NCBI GenBank assembly: GCA_903896675.1
Contig: CAITYU010000078.1
Coordinates: 6,228 to 70,227 of the forward strand
From: an uncultured Planctomycetaceae bacterium
GTDB taxonomy: Bacteria; Planctomycetota; Planctomycetia; Planctomycetales; Planctomycetaceae
DNA: 64,000 nucleotides
Direction: 5' to 3'
Of the stretch, positions 52,173 through 62,474 are shown in pieces. The notes under the pieces are model-generated. The model was not told where the DNA came from, searched no databases, and saw only the letters and a program-made list of their open reading frames with translations. Each line of letters begins with the position of its first letter. Within the stretch, counting starts at the first letter, position 1. The position numbers were made by a program, and so were the translations under genes.

Positions 52173-53939
52173 CTACCCACGCGGAACTCCCCCCGCACCT
52201 CGCCCGGTACGCGTCAACCGAGCCAGTCGCTGCTCCGCAACCGTCTCGCCCGCAGACTCCTGCAATGCCTCACGCACCGCTCCCCGCAATGACACCTCAC
52301 CTGACTCACTCCCGCGAACCTGACGCACACCTGCCGGGAAATGAGGTCCCGACACCGCCACATGAGGTGCATCCAGTCGCAGTACCTGAGGACGATTCGG
52401 GCGACCATAAATCTGCACACCCGCAGGCAGTCGCACTGCACTCGACTCGACCGGTACCTGATTCCTCAGCAGATCCTCAATACCATCCCGCACCGCAGCA
52501 GCACTCAAAGACGAAAGCCCGCCCGGCACAGCACTCCATGACGACATGTCCGCTGCCAACGCCCCCCCACGCAGAATCGAAATCTCACCAGGTGGAGCCA
52601 CCACGGATACCTGTGCCGGCGGCTCACAAACAGACGCTGCGAGCACCGGCTGATTCACAATCGGCTGATTAACCATCGGCTGGGGCACCTGAGGCTGCGG
52701 GCCCATCACCGGCCCCGCGACGGCCTCAACCCTGCGATCAGAAATTACATGACCGGAAACGGTCACGGATTTCGCCAGCACCCAGCAACCCGACAACAAC
52801 AACGCCGCCACCACAAATCCATTCAACAACTGATTGCCCGCCGCATTCACCGCCTGCGAAACGGCCCGCGGGGCTGAAGTCACTTTTCCCGGTTCAGGCA
52901 CTGCCAGGGTCACAACATTTCGGTCCGATGCCACCGCCGGCGGCTCCGGCACTGCGGCCCCCCCTGCTGCGACATTTGTTGATAACTCTCCCGCTATCGG
53001 CTGCATCCGCAACTGTTCTTCCAGAGTCAGCAACTCGCGACTTTCACGATCAGGCACCGCAGGTGGCAGCCCTGAGCCAATTCCGCCTGCCGCACCCTGA
53101 GTCGGTTCAGGATAACCATCAGACCCGCCACCAAAACCCAGTCCCGCCGCTGCCTGCCCGGCATCTGCTCCGGAAGTCAGTGGTAAACCTGCCGCATCAG
53201 GGCGCAAAGACATACCCGGCATTCCGGTTGCCGGCTGCCCCGCCGATGCCGCAGACATGTTCGGGATCGGAGGAACCTGAGGAACCGGCGCCGCCGGAGA
53301 TACTGTCCCACCCCATTCCGAAAAGGCCGGACGAACGGCCGCTGTATTCGAACGCTCAACCGTTGACTGCTCTGCCGACGGATCTGCCTGCGACACTGAA
53401 ATCACGTCACCATGCTGCACTACTGTCGACAGACTGGCGGGATTCATCGGAGGCTGACTGCGCAGACGCGCACTCAGGCTCAGACGCGCCCCCGGACCGG
53501 CCGGTATACCCAGACCAACCAGCACGTCATTGACCGTTACGCCATTGTCTTCCAGCGAAACCACCGTTGTCACACCAGCAGAACGAACCACCGCATTCCG
53601 TGCCGGTTGCTGATTCAGCGGACTCAGCGACTCCACCAGCAGCACATCCCCATCAGTGACCCGCTCAGTGGTGTCCGCTGCACTCATCCGAATCGCGCGA
53701 GACCACTGGGCACGCTGCTGGCCCTGACGCAGAATCGTCACATTGACTGAATCCCCCAGCGGAGTAGCCCCGGCCACAGCGCCCCGAACCGTCGTTTCGG
53801 CCTGCACCGCAAACTTCCCCGGACGCGCCACATCCCCCAGCACAGTCAATGCTGGCTGTGAAGCCGGAACCTGGCCCGGCAGCCGCGTTGACATCAGTAA
53901 CATCGCTACAAGCAAAAACCCCGGTCTCCGCCAATCCAT
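52173..53939 (-). CDS. Bitopic membrane protein: signal peptide, SLBB (beta-grasp) domain(s), Pro/Gly/Ala-rich linker, TM helix, ~190-aa cytoplasmic tail
   Basis: ATG at 53939 gives MDWRRPGFLLVAMLLMSTRLPGQ. LTVLGDVARPGKFAVQAETTVRGAVAGATPLGDSVNVTILRQG fits the SLBB consensus (V.G.V.rPG.y....tv..ai..AG). A second, weaker copy surrounds VTVNDVLVGLG...VVQHGDVISV. The TM helix is GFVVAALLLSGCWVLAKSV. Confidence 0.7.
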   Translation of the reverse strand: MDWRRPGFLLVAMLLMSTRLPGQVPASQPALTVLGDVARPGKFAVQAETTVRGAVAGATPLGDSVNVTILRQGQQRAQWSRAIRMSAADTTERVTDGDVLLVESLSPLNQQPARNAVVRSAGVTTVVSLEDNGVTVNDVLVGLGIPAGPGARLSLSARLRSQPPMNPASLSTVVQHGDVISVSQADPSAEQSTVERSNTAAVRPAFSEWGGTVSPAAPVPQVPPIPNMSAASAGQPATGMPGMSLRPDAAGLPLTSGADAGQAAAGLGFGGGSDGYPEPTQGAAGGIGSGLPPAVPDRESRELLTLEEQLRMQPIAGELSTNVAAGGAAVPEPPAVASDRNVVTLAVPEPGKVTSAPRAVSQAVNAAGNQLLNGFVVAALLLSGCWVLAKSVTVSGHVISDRRVEAVAGPVMGPQPQVPQPMVNQPIVNQPVLAASVCEPPAQVSVVAPPGEISILRGGALAADMSSWSAVPGGLSSLSAAAVRDGIEDLLRNQVPVESSAVRLPAGVQIYGRPNRPQVLRLDAPHVAVSGPHFPAGVRQVRGSESGEVSLRGAVREALQESAGETVAEQRLARLTRTGRGAGGVPRG

Positions 53940-54092
53940 GGCTGTCCTCTCAAGATGGCATCCTGCCAGTTTCCTGCAACAACCGGCCACAACCCTCGGT
54001 ACAGGCACGCAGAACATCGAGGCCGACTGTCATCAGCGCGGCACGACCTCGGTCGAAACACCGCAGACACCTGCACCACCAATCGTCAGTTG

Positions 54093-54107
54093 CGGCAGAA
54101 TCTGCTG
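54093..54107. promoter_or_regulatory. Palindromic 15-mer, copy 1 (CGGCAGAATCTGCTG)
   Basis: The core GCAGA-N-TCTGC is a perfect palindrome. This copy lies 154 nt upstream of the SLBB-gene ATG. It is 14/15 identical to the reverse complement of copy 2. Confidence 0.35.
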
Positions 54108-54258
54108 GTTCTTCCCGGGCCACACCACACCGTATCCGTGTGATCGGCATTTCAACCGGGCGCGCTCAGACTTTCACCGCCAGCATGCGGGTTCCTCCCC
54201 GCCACATCACCTGCCCGCGTCAGCGAATGCAACTGCACGAGATCATCAACCGGAATTG

Positions 54259-54273
54259 CTGCAGATTCTGCCG
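54259..54273. promoter_or_regulatory. Palindromic 15-mer, copy 2 (CTGCAGATTCTGCCG)
   Basis: It has the same GCAGA-N-TCTGC core, 166 nt centre to centre from copy 1, just downstream of the yhaM-like stop (54287-54289). Confidence 0.35.
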
Positions 54274-54286
54274 ATGACCGAAAACC

Positions 54287-55261
54287 TCAGTTCCCGCCCG
54301 TCCGTCCCTTGAACAGACGCCGATCCATCCGCGGGTTGAACGGAGTCCACGCCGAGTCAGCGTTCAGGTCCTCGGAAATCACTCGCTGAAATTCATGCAG
54401 CTTCGAATCCAGAGTATCGATGCAGTTCAACGCCAGAGCCTCCGGCGTCATCGGCACGGTCGGACTGCCGAATTCCCGAGTCCCGTGGTGGCTGATCAGC
54501 ATGTGCTTCACACGCAGTATTCGCTCCGCATCCAGCGGACGCCCGAGCCGCGATTCCGTGGCAGCCAGCTTCTCATTCAGAATCTCCATCCCCAGATGAA
54601 TGTGCCCCAGTAACTGACCCTCATCCGTGTAAACCAGCGAAGGATCCCAACCCAGCTCGCGAGTCTTCCCGATGTCATGCAGCAGAACACCCAGCAGCAG
54701 CAGATCCCGATCAAGTGCCGGGTACACCTGACTGAGCCGATCTGCAGCCTCACTCATCGACACAATATGCTCGATCAGTCCGCCCTGATAGGCATGATGT
54801 GCCTTCACGCCCGCTGGAGCCGCACACAGGGCCGTCACCAGCCCGTCATCCTCCATCAGACACGTCGCCAGCATCCCCAGATCCGGACAGCGAATCGAAC
54901 TGAGCAACTGCCGGAGACGCAGCAGCAACGGACCAGCCTGCGCCTGCGGCTGCTGCTGAAAATCCGCCGGATTGAAGGAACCATCCGGGACCGCTTCCAT
55001 CCCCGCCACGATCATCTGCAGGTTGCCCTGATACAACTGCACCTTGCCCCGCACACGCACAAAACCACCCTGCACATACTCCTGCGCAGAAGACTCCTGG
55101 ACATTCCACATCAGACCACTGATTGTCCCGGTTCGGTCCCGCAAAGTTGCCAGCAGATACAGGCTGGCATTGCGGTTGGCCCTCAGTTGTCGATCCGCCA
55201 ACAGAAAGATCTCATTGACGCTGTCCCCGTCCTTCAGTTCCCTGACAAACGTGCGAGCCAT
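54287..55261 (-). CDS. OB-fold plus HD-domain 3'-5' exoribonuclease, YhaM-like
   Basis: ATG at 55261 gives MARTFVRELKDGDSVNEIFLLADRQLRANRNASLYLLATLRDRTGTISGLMW, an OB fold. HHAYQGGLIEHI and VLLHDIGK form the HD domain. Confidence 0.8.
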   Translation of the reverse strand: MARTFVRELKDGDSVNEIFLLADRQLRANRNASLYLLATLRDRTGTISGLMWNVQESSAQEYVQGGFVRVRGKVQLYQGNLQMIVAGMEAVPDGSFNPADFQQQPQAQAGPLLLRLRQLLSSIRCPDLGMLATCLMEDDGLVTALCAAPAGVKAHHAYQGGLIEHIVSMSEAADRLSQVYPALDRDLLLLGVLLHDIGKTRELGWDPSLVYTDEGQLLGHIHLGMEILNEKLAATESRLGRPLDAERILRVKHMLISHHGTREFGSPTVPMTPEALALNCIDTLDSKLHEFQRVISEDLNADSAWTPFNPRMDRRLFKGRTGGN

Positions 55262-55516
55262 GAAGAATGCTGCTTTCACCTGACAAAAAAACACGAAATC
55301 CCGAACTTCAAAACGGTATTATAAGCTGTTCAGCTCCCACCTGACAGCCTCAGTTCGCCAGCTCAGCACCAGCTCCCCCAAATCATCGTCAATCCCGCCG
55401 GATTTGCGGGTTCTCAAACATGGCAGTTGGTCTACGAGTTTTCGGAAATGCTGCTAAGATGCGGCTGGTTATCACCATTCCCAGTCCCTCCAGGCCCCGT
55501 CTGCTCAGGTTTCCTT

Positions 55517-57238
55517 ATGCGCTGGTCCCAGACATTCATCCCGACCATGAAGGAAGTCCCGGCAGAAGCTGAAGTGCCCAGTCACCAGCTGATGCTCCGA
55601 GCCGGTATGATCCGACAGCTGATGGCCGGTGCCTACACGTGGCTGCCGCTCGGCTATCGCGCCGTGCGCAAAGTCTCCGAAATCGTCCGCCAGGAAATGG
55701 ATCGCGCCGGAGCCGTTGAACTGTTCATGCCCGCACTCCAGCCCATCGAAATCTTCGAACGCACCGGACGCCGGGAAGCCTTCGGGAATGTCCTCTTCAA
55801 CTTCGAAGCCCGCCGCGGCGACCGCAGACTGCACTTCGCACTCGGTCCCACACACGAAGAAGTCATCACCGACCTCATGGCCCGGCACATCAACAGCTAT
55901 CGCCAGATGCCCATCACCCTCTACCAGATCCAGACCAAATTCCGCAACGAAGAACGACCTCGATTCGGAGTCCTGAGGACCAGCGAATTCCTCATGAAGG
56001 ACGCCTACAGCTTCGGGACATCTCTGGAACAACTCAACGTCGCCTACGACGCCATGTACAACGCCTACTGCCGCATCTTCGAACGCTGTGGCCTCAAATA
56101 CCTGCCCGTCGAGGCTGAAAGTGGTCCGATCGGCGGAGATGCCTCACACGAATTCATGGTCCCCGCCAGCAACGGAGAAGACTTCGTCATCCATTGCCCC
56201 GCCTGCAGCTACGCAGCCAACCAGGAACGCGCCGAAACCGGACGCAAAGCCTGCCTGCCGCAGACCGTCGCGGATGCACCCGCACCCACACTCGTGCCCA
56301 CACCCAATGCCGGCAGCATCGAACAGGTCAGCCGGCTGCTCAAATCCAGCCCACAGGCCTTCATCAAAACCCTCATCTACAAAGCTGACGGAAAACCTGT
56401 CGCTGTCCTGCTCCGAGGCGATCATACCGCCAACGAAGGGAAAATTCGCCGAGCCGCAAAAGCCACCTCCGTCGAACTGGCCGATGAAGCCACCATCCTG
56501 CAGGTCACAACTGCCCCTGTGGGGTTCGCCGGTCCCATCGGTATCCAGTGCCCCTGCCTCTTCGACCATGATGTCGCTGCCATCCGCTCTGCCATCATCG
56601 GCGCCAATGCACAGGATGCACACCTCTCAGGTGTCATTCCCGGGACTCACTTCCCCATCACGGAAACCTTCGATCTGCGGAACGCAGAAGCTGAAGATCC
56701 CTGCCCCAGATGCTCCGCCAATCTCAAAATGGTACACGGCATCGAAGTCGGACACGTCTTCAAACTGGGCACCAAATACAGCGTCTCCATGCAAGCCAAC
56801 TTCGTTGATGCACAGGAGGTTTCACACCCCATCATCATGGGCTGCTATGGCATCGGGGTTACTCGAGTCGTCGCATCCATCGTCGAAACCTGCCACGATG
56901 AAAATGGCATCATCTGGCCCCTCAGCGTCGCACCCTGCTCCGTGATGCTCATCCCGCTGAATGTCACCGACCCCGAAGTCATGAAGGCCTCAGAACGCAT
57001 CTACCGGGAACTTACCGAAGCCGGAATCGATGTCCTGATGGATGACCGCGACCAGCGCCCCGGCTTCAAATTCAAGGATGCCGACCTCATCGGAATCCCA
57101 CTGCGAGTCACCATCGGAGGCAAAGGCCTCGCAGAAGGCATCGCAGAAGTCAAGTGGCGAGGCTCCGCTGAAACCCACAAACCAGCCCTCGCTGAAACCA
57201 CCGCCTTCGTTCGAGAACAACTGGCGGGAAAATCCTGA
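55517..57238 (+). CDS. proS: Proline--tRNA ligase (bacterial type with INS editing domain)
   Basis: [65 protein letters not shown] and GCYGIGVTR are present, followed by a C-terminal anticodon-binding domain. Start is ATG 55517. Confidence 0.92.
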   Translation: MRWSQTFIPTMKEVPAEAEVPSHQLMLRAGMIRQLMAGAYTWLPLGYRAVRKVSEIVRQEMDRAGAVELFMPALQPIEIFERTGRREAFGNVLFNFEARRGDRRLHFALGPTHEEVITDLMARHINSYRQMPITLYQIQTKFRNEERPRFGVLRTSEFLMKDAYSFGTSLEQLNVAYDAMYNAYCRIFERCGLKYLPVEAESGPIGGDASHEFMVPASNGEDFVIHCPACSYAANQERAETGRKACLPQTVADAPAPTLVPTPNAGSIEQVSRLLKSSPQAFIKTLIYKADGKPVAVLLRGDHTANEGKIRRAAKATSVELADEATILQVTTAPVGFAGPIGIQCPCLFDHDVAAIRSAIIGANAQDAHLSGVIPGTHFPITETFDLRNAEAEDPCPRCSANLKMVHGIEVGHVFKLGTKYSVSMQANFVDAQEVSHPIIMGCYGIGVTRVVASIVETCHDENGIIWPLSVAPCSVMLIPLNVTDPEVMKASERIYRELTEAGIDVLMDDRDQRPGFKFKDADLIGIPLRVTIGGKGLAEGIAEVKWRGSAETHKPALAETTAFVREQLAGKS

Positions 57239-57249
57239 GCCCCGCAGGG

Positions 57250-59040
57250 TCAGTCACTCGTTCCAGCACGCTCGTACCGGTTCACGACCTCGGCAAACTC
57301 ACGCAGGTGCGAATAATCCTGCTTCCACGTCGTATACATCACACCCACTACACCGGAAACTCGCTGCGTACGAACCGTGTCCAGCCAGCGACCAATCTGC
57401 TGGGCGTCCGCGTCGTAGTACCCCGCCAGCAACTGGCGATGACCACGCTCAGAAAAAAACTTCAGACTCTCTTCACGTACACCAAAATTCCAGTTCACCA
57501 CAAGCACATCCCGCGACAGACCCTCCCAGGATCCGCTCAAATCTCCATTCACAAGGTAATAGTTGTCCACGGAGTTGTGATGCGGATCAAACATGTCACT
57601 CCATACAAACACACGCCGATCGCTGTTCAGCCTCTTCAGATAATCCGTGCAGAACCGCACATTGTCGGCCGCTACCTGACCCGGTGTTTTCCCGGTTCGC
57701 TGGAAACTCTCGTCCCAGCCCAGCACTCGCCACTCATCATGCGACATCATCCGGTCCGTCCCCGGAAACGCACGCTCCACCGCTTCTGCCTGACCACGCA
57801 GTAACTGCTGAAATGCCGGTTCCGTGACACTCGCACACACCTGACCGTCATAAATCACATGCGGATGAAACCACGAAACCCGCAGTCGAGCCCCCTCGGG
57901 AAAACTGCGCTTCAGTTGAATTGCCGGAGATGCATGCCACACATCATACTCACCAGCATACGGTACCCGCCCCAGCAACGGATCAGACACCGGCTCAAAG
58001 TCCACACCCTCCTGCAGAGGTTCCCCCGGCTGACCCTCCATGATCACCCTCAGCGGAGCCCCATTGCGGCGGAGTACGTTCAACAGACCACACTCCTCCA
58101 ACAGCACATCCGACAGCCACAATGAACCTCCCGTCGGTCCCCACGCCCCCAGATACACATTCACCTGCTCACAATTCAGAGAATTGAAGGTGATATGCTG
58201 AGTCGTCCAGTCGGATGTGCGCCCCACACGCAGATTCGTATGACTCAGCCGTCGACCGCTTGCTGCATCCAGCACCGCAATCTGCGGCTGCCCCCGAAAA
58301 TCCAGAGTCCTCATGCGGACAGACACATGATAGTGACGGAATGGCGCCACCCGCACTGCCTTCATCGCCCGACAGTTCTCACCCTTCGGATCAGAAACCC
58401 GCAGTACCTCTCCCTCTGATCGCAGCGATTCATCCACAAAACTCCATGCCTTCCGGTCCCCCAGTGAAGGCAATCCAACCTCCGGATCAGCGACCAGCTC
58501 CGCCCGGTTGCCACGCACCTGAAACAATGCGTCACGCACGGGCAAACCCTCCGCCAGATTCGGGTTCTGCGCTAACAGATCATTTGAATAACCCACGGGA
58601 AAAATCGCCGGCACCAGCCGCAGCTGCAACTCATCCGACAGCCGACGCACTCGCTCCACATGCCCGAAATACCGCTCGTCCATCTCATGCAGACGGCTGA
58701 ACTTCGAATCCGCCAGCAACAGATGCGTAAACCCCAGCCCGGCAGCCTCACGCATCAGCTGCTCCAGCCGGTCCACGTTCTCAGCCACCAGCAGATTCGT
58801 CGAAACATACACCCAGCGTTCCAGTCGCTGGCCAGCCACTCGCCCGCACAGACATGTCACCAGCAAAAAAACACATAACAGAAACCGACACGACCGAGAC
58901 TGCAGAACATGATGCCACGAGACAGCCTCAGGACTGCCACGCAGCACCAGGTCCATACCCCAACGCTCAATCAGACTCCGGTCCGACATACCAACCCCCG
59001 ACATGCTCAACCGCCGGACGCCGACACACTGCCAAACCAC
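57250..59040 (-). CDS. Hypothetical secreted protein, TIM-barrel glycoside-hydrolase-like halves interrupted by a beta-sandwich-like insert (tentative)
   Basis: A long clean ORF with a hydrophobic leader (CRFLLCVFLLVTCLCGRVAG). Alternating beta/alpha pattern appears in the N- and C-terminal thirds (GFTHLLLADSKF..., VFVWSDMFDPHHN..., VGVMYTTW). The middle third is beta-rich. Start is uncertain and the function is not established. Confidence 0.65.
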   Translation of the reverse strand: MVWQCVGVRRLSMSGVGMSDRSLIERWGMDLVLRGSPEAVSWHHVLQSRSCRFLLCVFLLVTCLCGRVAGQRLERWVYVSTNLLVAENVDRLEQLMREAAGLGFTHLLLADSKFSRLHEMDERYFGHVERVRRLSDELQLRLVPAIFPVGYSNDLLAQNPNLAEGLPVRDALFQVRGNRAELVADPEVGLPSLGDRKAWSFVDESLRSEGEVLRVSDPKGENCRAMKAVRVAPFRHYHVSVRMRTLDFRGQPQIAVLDAASGRRLSHTNLRVGRTSDWTTQHITFNSLNCEQVNVYLGAWGPTGGSLWLSDVLLEECGLLNVLRRNGAPLRVIMEGQPGEPLQEGVDFEPVSDPLLGRVPYAGEYDVWHASPAIQLKRSFPEGARLRVSWFHPHVIYDGQVCASVTEPAFQQLLRGQAEAVERAFPGTDRMMSHDEWRVLGWDESFQRTGKTPGQVAADNVRFCTDYLKRLNSDRRVFVWSDMFDPHHNSVDNYYLVNGDLSGSWEGLSRDVLVVNWNFGVREESLKFFSERGHRQLLAGYYDADAQQIGRWLDTVRTQRVSGVVGVMYTTWKQDYSHLREFAEVVNRYERAGTSD

Positions 59041-59076
59041 TCAATTACACCAGCACACACTCCCTCCGCCGGAAAT

Positions 59077-61032
59077 TCACTCCTCATCCGAACGCAGCTT
59101 CGCAAGTATGCTGAGATCTTCCAGGGTCGTCGTATCCTGAGTCGACTCGCGACCCGCCGCAATGTCCCGCAGCAGGCGACGCATGATCTTGCCACTGCGA
59201 GTCTTCGGGAGAGCCGTTGCAAAACGGACCTGATCCGGCGTCGCCAGTGCGCCAATCGCCTGACGAACATGCTGCGTCAGTTCCACCTTCAGACCATCGT
59301 CACCCTCACCCGATTTCAACGTCACAAAACAACAGATACCCTCTCCCTTGATCTCATGCGGAAACCCAACCACCGCTGCCTCAGCCACCTGCGGATGAGC
59401 CACCAATGCACTCTCTACCTCCATCGTGCTCAAACGATGCCCGGAAACATTCAGCACATCGTCCACACGCCCCATCACCCACAAATACCCGTCCTCGTCA
59501 TGACGAGCACCATCGCCGGCAAAATAACAGCCCGCAACCTCGCTGAAATATGTCTTTTTGAATCGCTCGTGGTCGCCATACAGTGTCCGCAGCATCGAAG
59601 GCCACGGCTGACGCATCACCAGCAGTCCACCCTCGTTCGCGCCCAGACTCTGACCCGTCCTCGTCACAATGTCAGGAACCACCCCCGGCAACGGATGACA
59701 GCAGCTGCCCGGCTTCGTCGGAGTCACCCCCGGAAGAGGACTGACCATGATCGAACCCGTCTCCGTCTGCCACCACGTGTCCACAATCGGACAACGCTCC
59801 TGACCAATCACCCGGTGATACCACATCCACGCCTCAGGATTGATCGGCTCACCCACCGATCCCAGCAGACGCAGACTGCTGAGATCATACTTCTCCGGCC
59901 AGTGATTGCCCCACTTGATAAAGGCACGAATTGCCGTCGGAGCCGTATAAAAGATGCTCACACGATACTTCTCAATCAGCTCCCAGAAACGTCCCTCATC
60001 CGGCCAGTTCGGAGCACCCTCGTACATCATCACCGTCGCGCCGTTCGACAACGGCCCGTAACAGATGTAACTGTGCCCGGTAATCCAGCCAATATCCGCC
60101 GTGCACCAGTACGTGTCCTCCTCCTTCAGATCGAACACCCAACGCGATGTCATCGTCGTACCCAGCAGATACCCCGCCGTCGTGTGCATCACACCCTTCG
60201 GCTTACCCGTACTGCCCGAAGTATACAGAATGAATAACGGATGCTCGCTGTCCAGTTGCACCGCATCACACTCCGCAGGGACCCCCTGCATCAACTCGTG
60301 CCACCAGAAGTCCCGGTCCGGCACCATGTCCACCTCGCCCCCGGTACGCCGTACAACAACCACCTTCTCAACCGTCGGGGAACGGTCCAGACTGGCATCC
60401 ACAGCGGCCTTCAACGGCACCTCCTTGCCACGACGCCAGCCACCGTCAGCCGTCACCACAACCTTCGCCTGAGCATCATTGTTGCGGTCTGCCACCGCAT
60501 CCGCACTGAAACCACCAAATATGATCGAATGCACGGCACCAATCCGAGCACACGCGAGCATCGCGATCGTCAGCTCAGGAATCATCGGCATGTACAATGT
60601 CACCCGGTCTCCCAACTGCACACCCAGTTGCTTCAGCACATTCGCAAAGCGACAGACTTCACGGTGCAGGTCCTGATAACGCAGCACTCGCGTATCACCA
60701 GGTTCCCCCTCCCAGATGATCGCCGCTTTGTTCCGTCGAGACCCCTTCAGGTGACGATCCACACAGTTGTAACTGGCGTTGATCTTCGCACCCGAAAACC
60801 ACTTCGTCTCAGGCATCTGCCCCTGCAGCACCGTATCCCAGCGCCGAAACCAGTCCAGATTCTCCGCCATCTCACCCCAGAATCCCGCCGGATCGTCCTT
60901 CGCCTTCTTCCACATCGCCTCGTACTGCTGGCGACTGCTGATATGAGCCTGCGCCGAAAAAGTGGCCGGCGGAGCAAAAGTACGAGTCTCTTTCAATACA
61001 CTCTGAATGCTCTGACTTCCTGGGGAACTCAT
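59077..61032 (-). CDS. acs: Acetyl-CoA synthetase
   Basis: The canonical Acs pattern is present: [48 protein letters not shown] and [14 protein letters not shown] 61032 is chosen because an intrinsic terminator lies inside the longer ORF extension. Confidence 0.92.
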   Translation of the reverse strand: MSSPGSQSIQSVLKETRTFAPPATFSAQAHISSRQQYEAMWKKAKDDPAGFWGEMAENLDWFRRWDTVLQGQMPETKWFSGAKINASYNCVDRHLKGSRRNKAAIIWEGEPGDTRVLRYQDLHREVCRFANVLKQLGVQLGDRVTLYMPMIPELTIAMLACARIGAVHSIIFGGFSADAVADRNNDAQAKVVVTADGGWRRGKEVPLKAAVDASLDRSPTVEKVVVVRRTGGEVDMVPDRDFWWHELMQGVPAECDAVQLDSEHPLFILYTSGSTGKPKGVMHTTAGYLLGTTMTSRWVFDLKEEDTYWCTADIGWITGHSYICYGPLSNGATVMMYEGAPNWPDEGRFWELIEKYRVSIFYTAPTAIRAFIKWGNHWPEKYDLSSLRLLGSVGEPINPEAWMWYHRVIGQERCPIVDTWWQTETGSIMVSPLPGVTPTKPGSCCHPLPGVVPDIVTRTGQSLGANEGGLLVMRQPWPSMLRTLYGDHERFKKTYFSEVAGCYFAGDGARHDEDGYLWVMGRVDDVLNVSGHRLSTMEVESALVAHPQVAEAAVVGFPHEIKGEGICCFVTLKSGEGDDGLKVELTQHVRQAIGALATPDQVRFATALPKTRSGKIMRRLLRDIAAGRESTQDTTTLEDLSILAKLRSDEE

Positions 61033-61174
61033 TGGATCAAATGCTCCTGCGTGGTACCGACGTAAGCCTGCAATACAGATGACCGGTTGGACGCCATCCG
61101 CTGCTGCACATTCTGCCGAATGACAACCTCGATTGTCCACCAGAACCACTGGTCTTGTCCAAAGACCGCTAACG

Positions 61175-61202
61175 AAAAAAGGCCCTGCCAACGCAGAGCC
61201 TT
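61175..61202 (-). terminator. Rho-independent terminator downstream of rplX
   Basis: The - strand reads AAGGCTCTGC-gttg-GCAGGGCCTTTTTT. The stem is 8-10 bp with one G.U pair, the loop is 4 nt, and a T6 tail follows. It lies about 40 nt after the rplX stop. Confidence 0.8.
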
Positions 61203-61242
61203 CTTCACGATCACAAAAACTGCTGACTTCAACCGAACAGGC

Positions 61243-61578
61243 TCACTTCTTCGCAGGAGCCAGGGCACGAATCACAGCGCCCGACTTGCGAGCCACCAGG
61301 TCCTTGCTGCCATCCGCATTCACACGCACAGACACCTTCGTCGGACTGTTCGTCTGAGGATCGATCAACGCAACATTCGATGCATCAATGGCCAGTTCCG
61401 TCTGCAGACGGCCACCCTGAGGACTTTTCGGGTGACCACGCTTGACGTGCTTCAATACCCGATTCACACCCTCAACCACCAGTTTGCCGTTCTTCCTGTC
61501 CACAGAAAGAACCGGACCACGGGTGCCGGAACTGTTCCCAGTCAAAACCTCGACAATATCACCCTTCCGAATGTGCAT
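61243..61578 (-). CDS. rplX: 50S ribosomal protein L24 (KOW domain)
   Basis: ATG at 61578 gives MHIRKGDIVEVLTGNSSGTRGPVLSVDRKNGKLVVEGVNRVLKHVKRGHPKSPQGGRLQTELAIDASNVALIDPQTNSPTKV..., collinear with bacterial L24 at 111 aa. The upstream part of ORF 61243-61788 is Cys-rich and not protein-like. Confidence 0.8.
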   Translation of the reverse strand: MHIRKGDIVEVLTGNSSGTRGPVLSVDRKNGKLVVEGVNRVLKHVKRGHPKSPQGGRLQTELAIDASNVALIDPQTNSPTKVSVRVNADGSKDLVARKSGAVIRALAPAKK

Positions 61579-61844
61579 CGCAAACTCCAGCACCCGCAAA
61601 AAACTTTTCGCTGAAAACCGAAATCCCCACAAAACCCGACAGCAACTGCAGCAAAAACCCAGTGATCGACAATCAAGCAATCCGCACAACACTGAATCTT
61701 TACACAGTTCAGCCCATTCCACCCAGATTTTGACCGCAGAACACGCAGTAACGGATTTTCGGCAAGCCACAAAGGATGACGAACACAATCGCCAAAATCA
61801 AGCCCACACAGACATCACAGAAGCCTTTCCCGGCGAATTGTCAC

Positions 61845-62474
61845 TCACCCCATGCCCACCGATCGCAAAAACTGCACCCCACACACCATCGTCGCTGCAC
61901 ACTGAATCGCCTCGTATATCGCCTCGTCAGGAACCCCCATCTGACGCACCTTTGCCACATGGGCAGACGTACACGGCTTGCAACTGTTGATGTCACTCAG
62001 ACTCAGATTAATCAACTCCACCGTCGTCTCGTCCAGTGACGTTCCCTGAAATGTGTGCGCTCGCAAACCCACGCCCATCCCACTAAACACGTCCGTTCCG
62101 CTGATGTCACGGAATTTGAACAATACGTTGTACATCGAATTTGTGGCACCCACCGCCAACGCCTCAGCCAACTCAACCCGACTGATCCCCCGCGATTCCG
62201 CAAATGTCGCGAGGTAATCCAGCCAGCGACCACCGCCCCCCTGCCCCGCAACCGCCACAGCAATCAACAGCTTGCGTTTCTCATCCAACTTCCCCGCCGA
62301 AAGCACAAACTTCCTGAAATTCATGAAAAAATCATGCAAAAACGCAGGAACCGCCGCGAAGTACTGGAAGATCTCCGGAATCTCCGTGACTCCCAGCACC
62401 TCCCGAATTCGCTCGTACACCTGTGCCGCTTTCTCCTCAGCCCGCTCCGCACTCACCGGTTCCACAAAAGCCAT
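61845..62474 (-). CDS. Carboxymuconolactone decarboxylase/AhpD-like family protein
   Basis: A two-repeat CMD-like helical protein with the redox-type motif CKPCTSAH in the C-terminal half. ATG at 62474 (MAFVEPVSAERAEE...). Confidence 0.75.
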   Translation of the reverse strand: MAFVEPVSAERAEEKAAQVYERIREVLGVTEIPEIFQYFAAVPAFLHDFFMNFRKFVLSAGKLDEKRKLLIAVAVAGQGGGGRWLDYLATFAESRGISRVELAEALAVGATNSMYNVLFKFRDISGTDVFSGMGVGLRAHTFQGTSLDETTVELINLSLSDINSCKPCTSAHVAKVRQMGVPDEAIYEAIQCAATMVCGVQFLRSVGMG

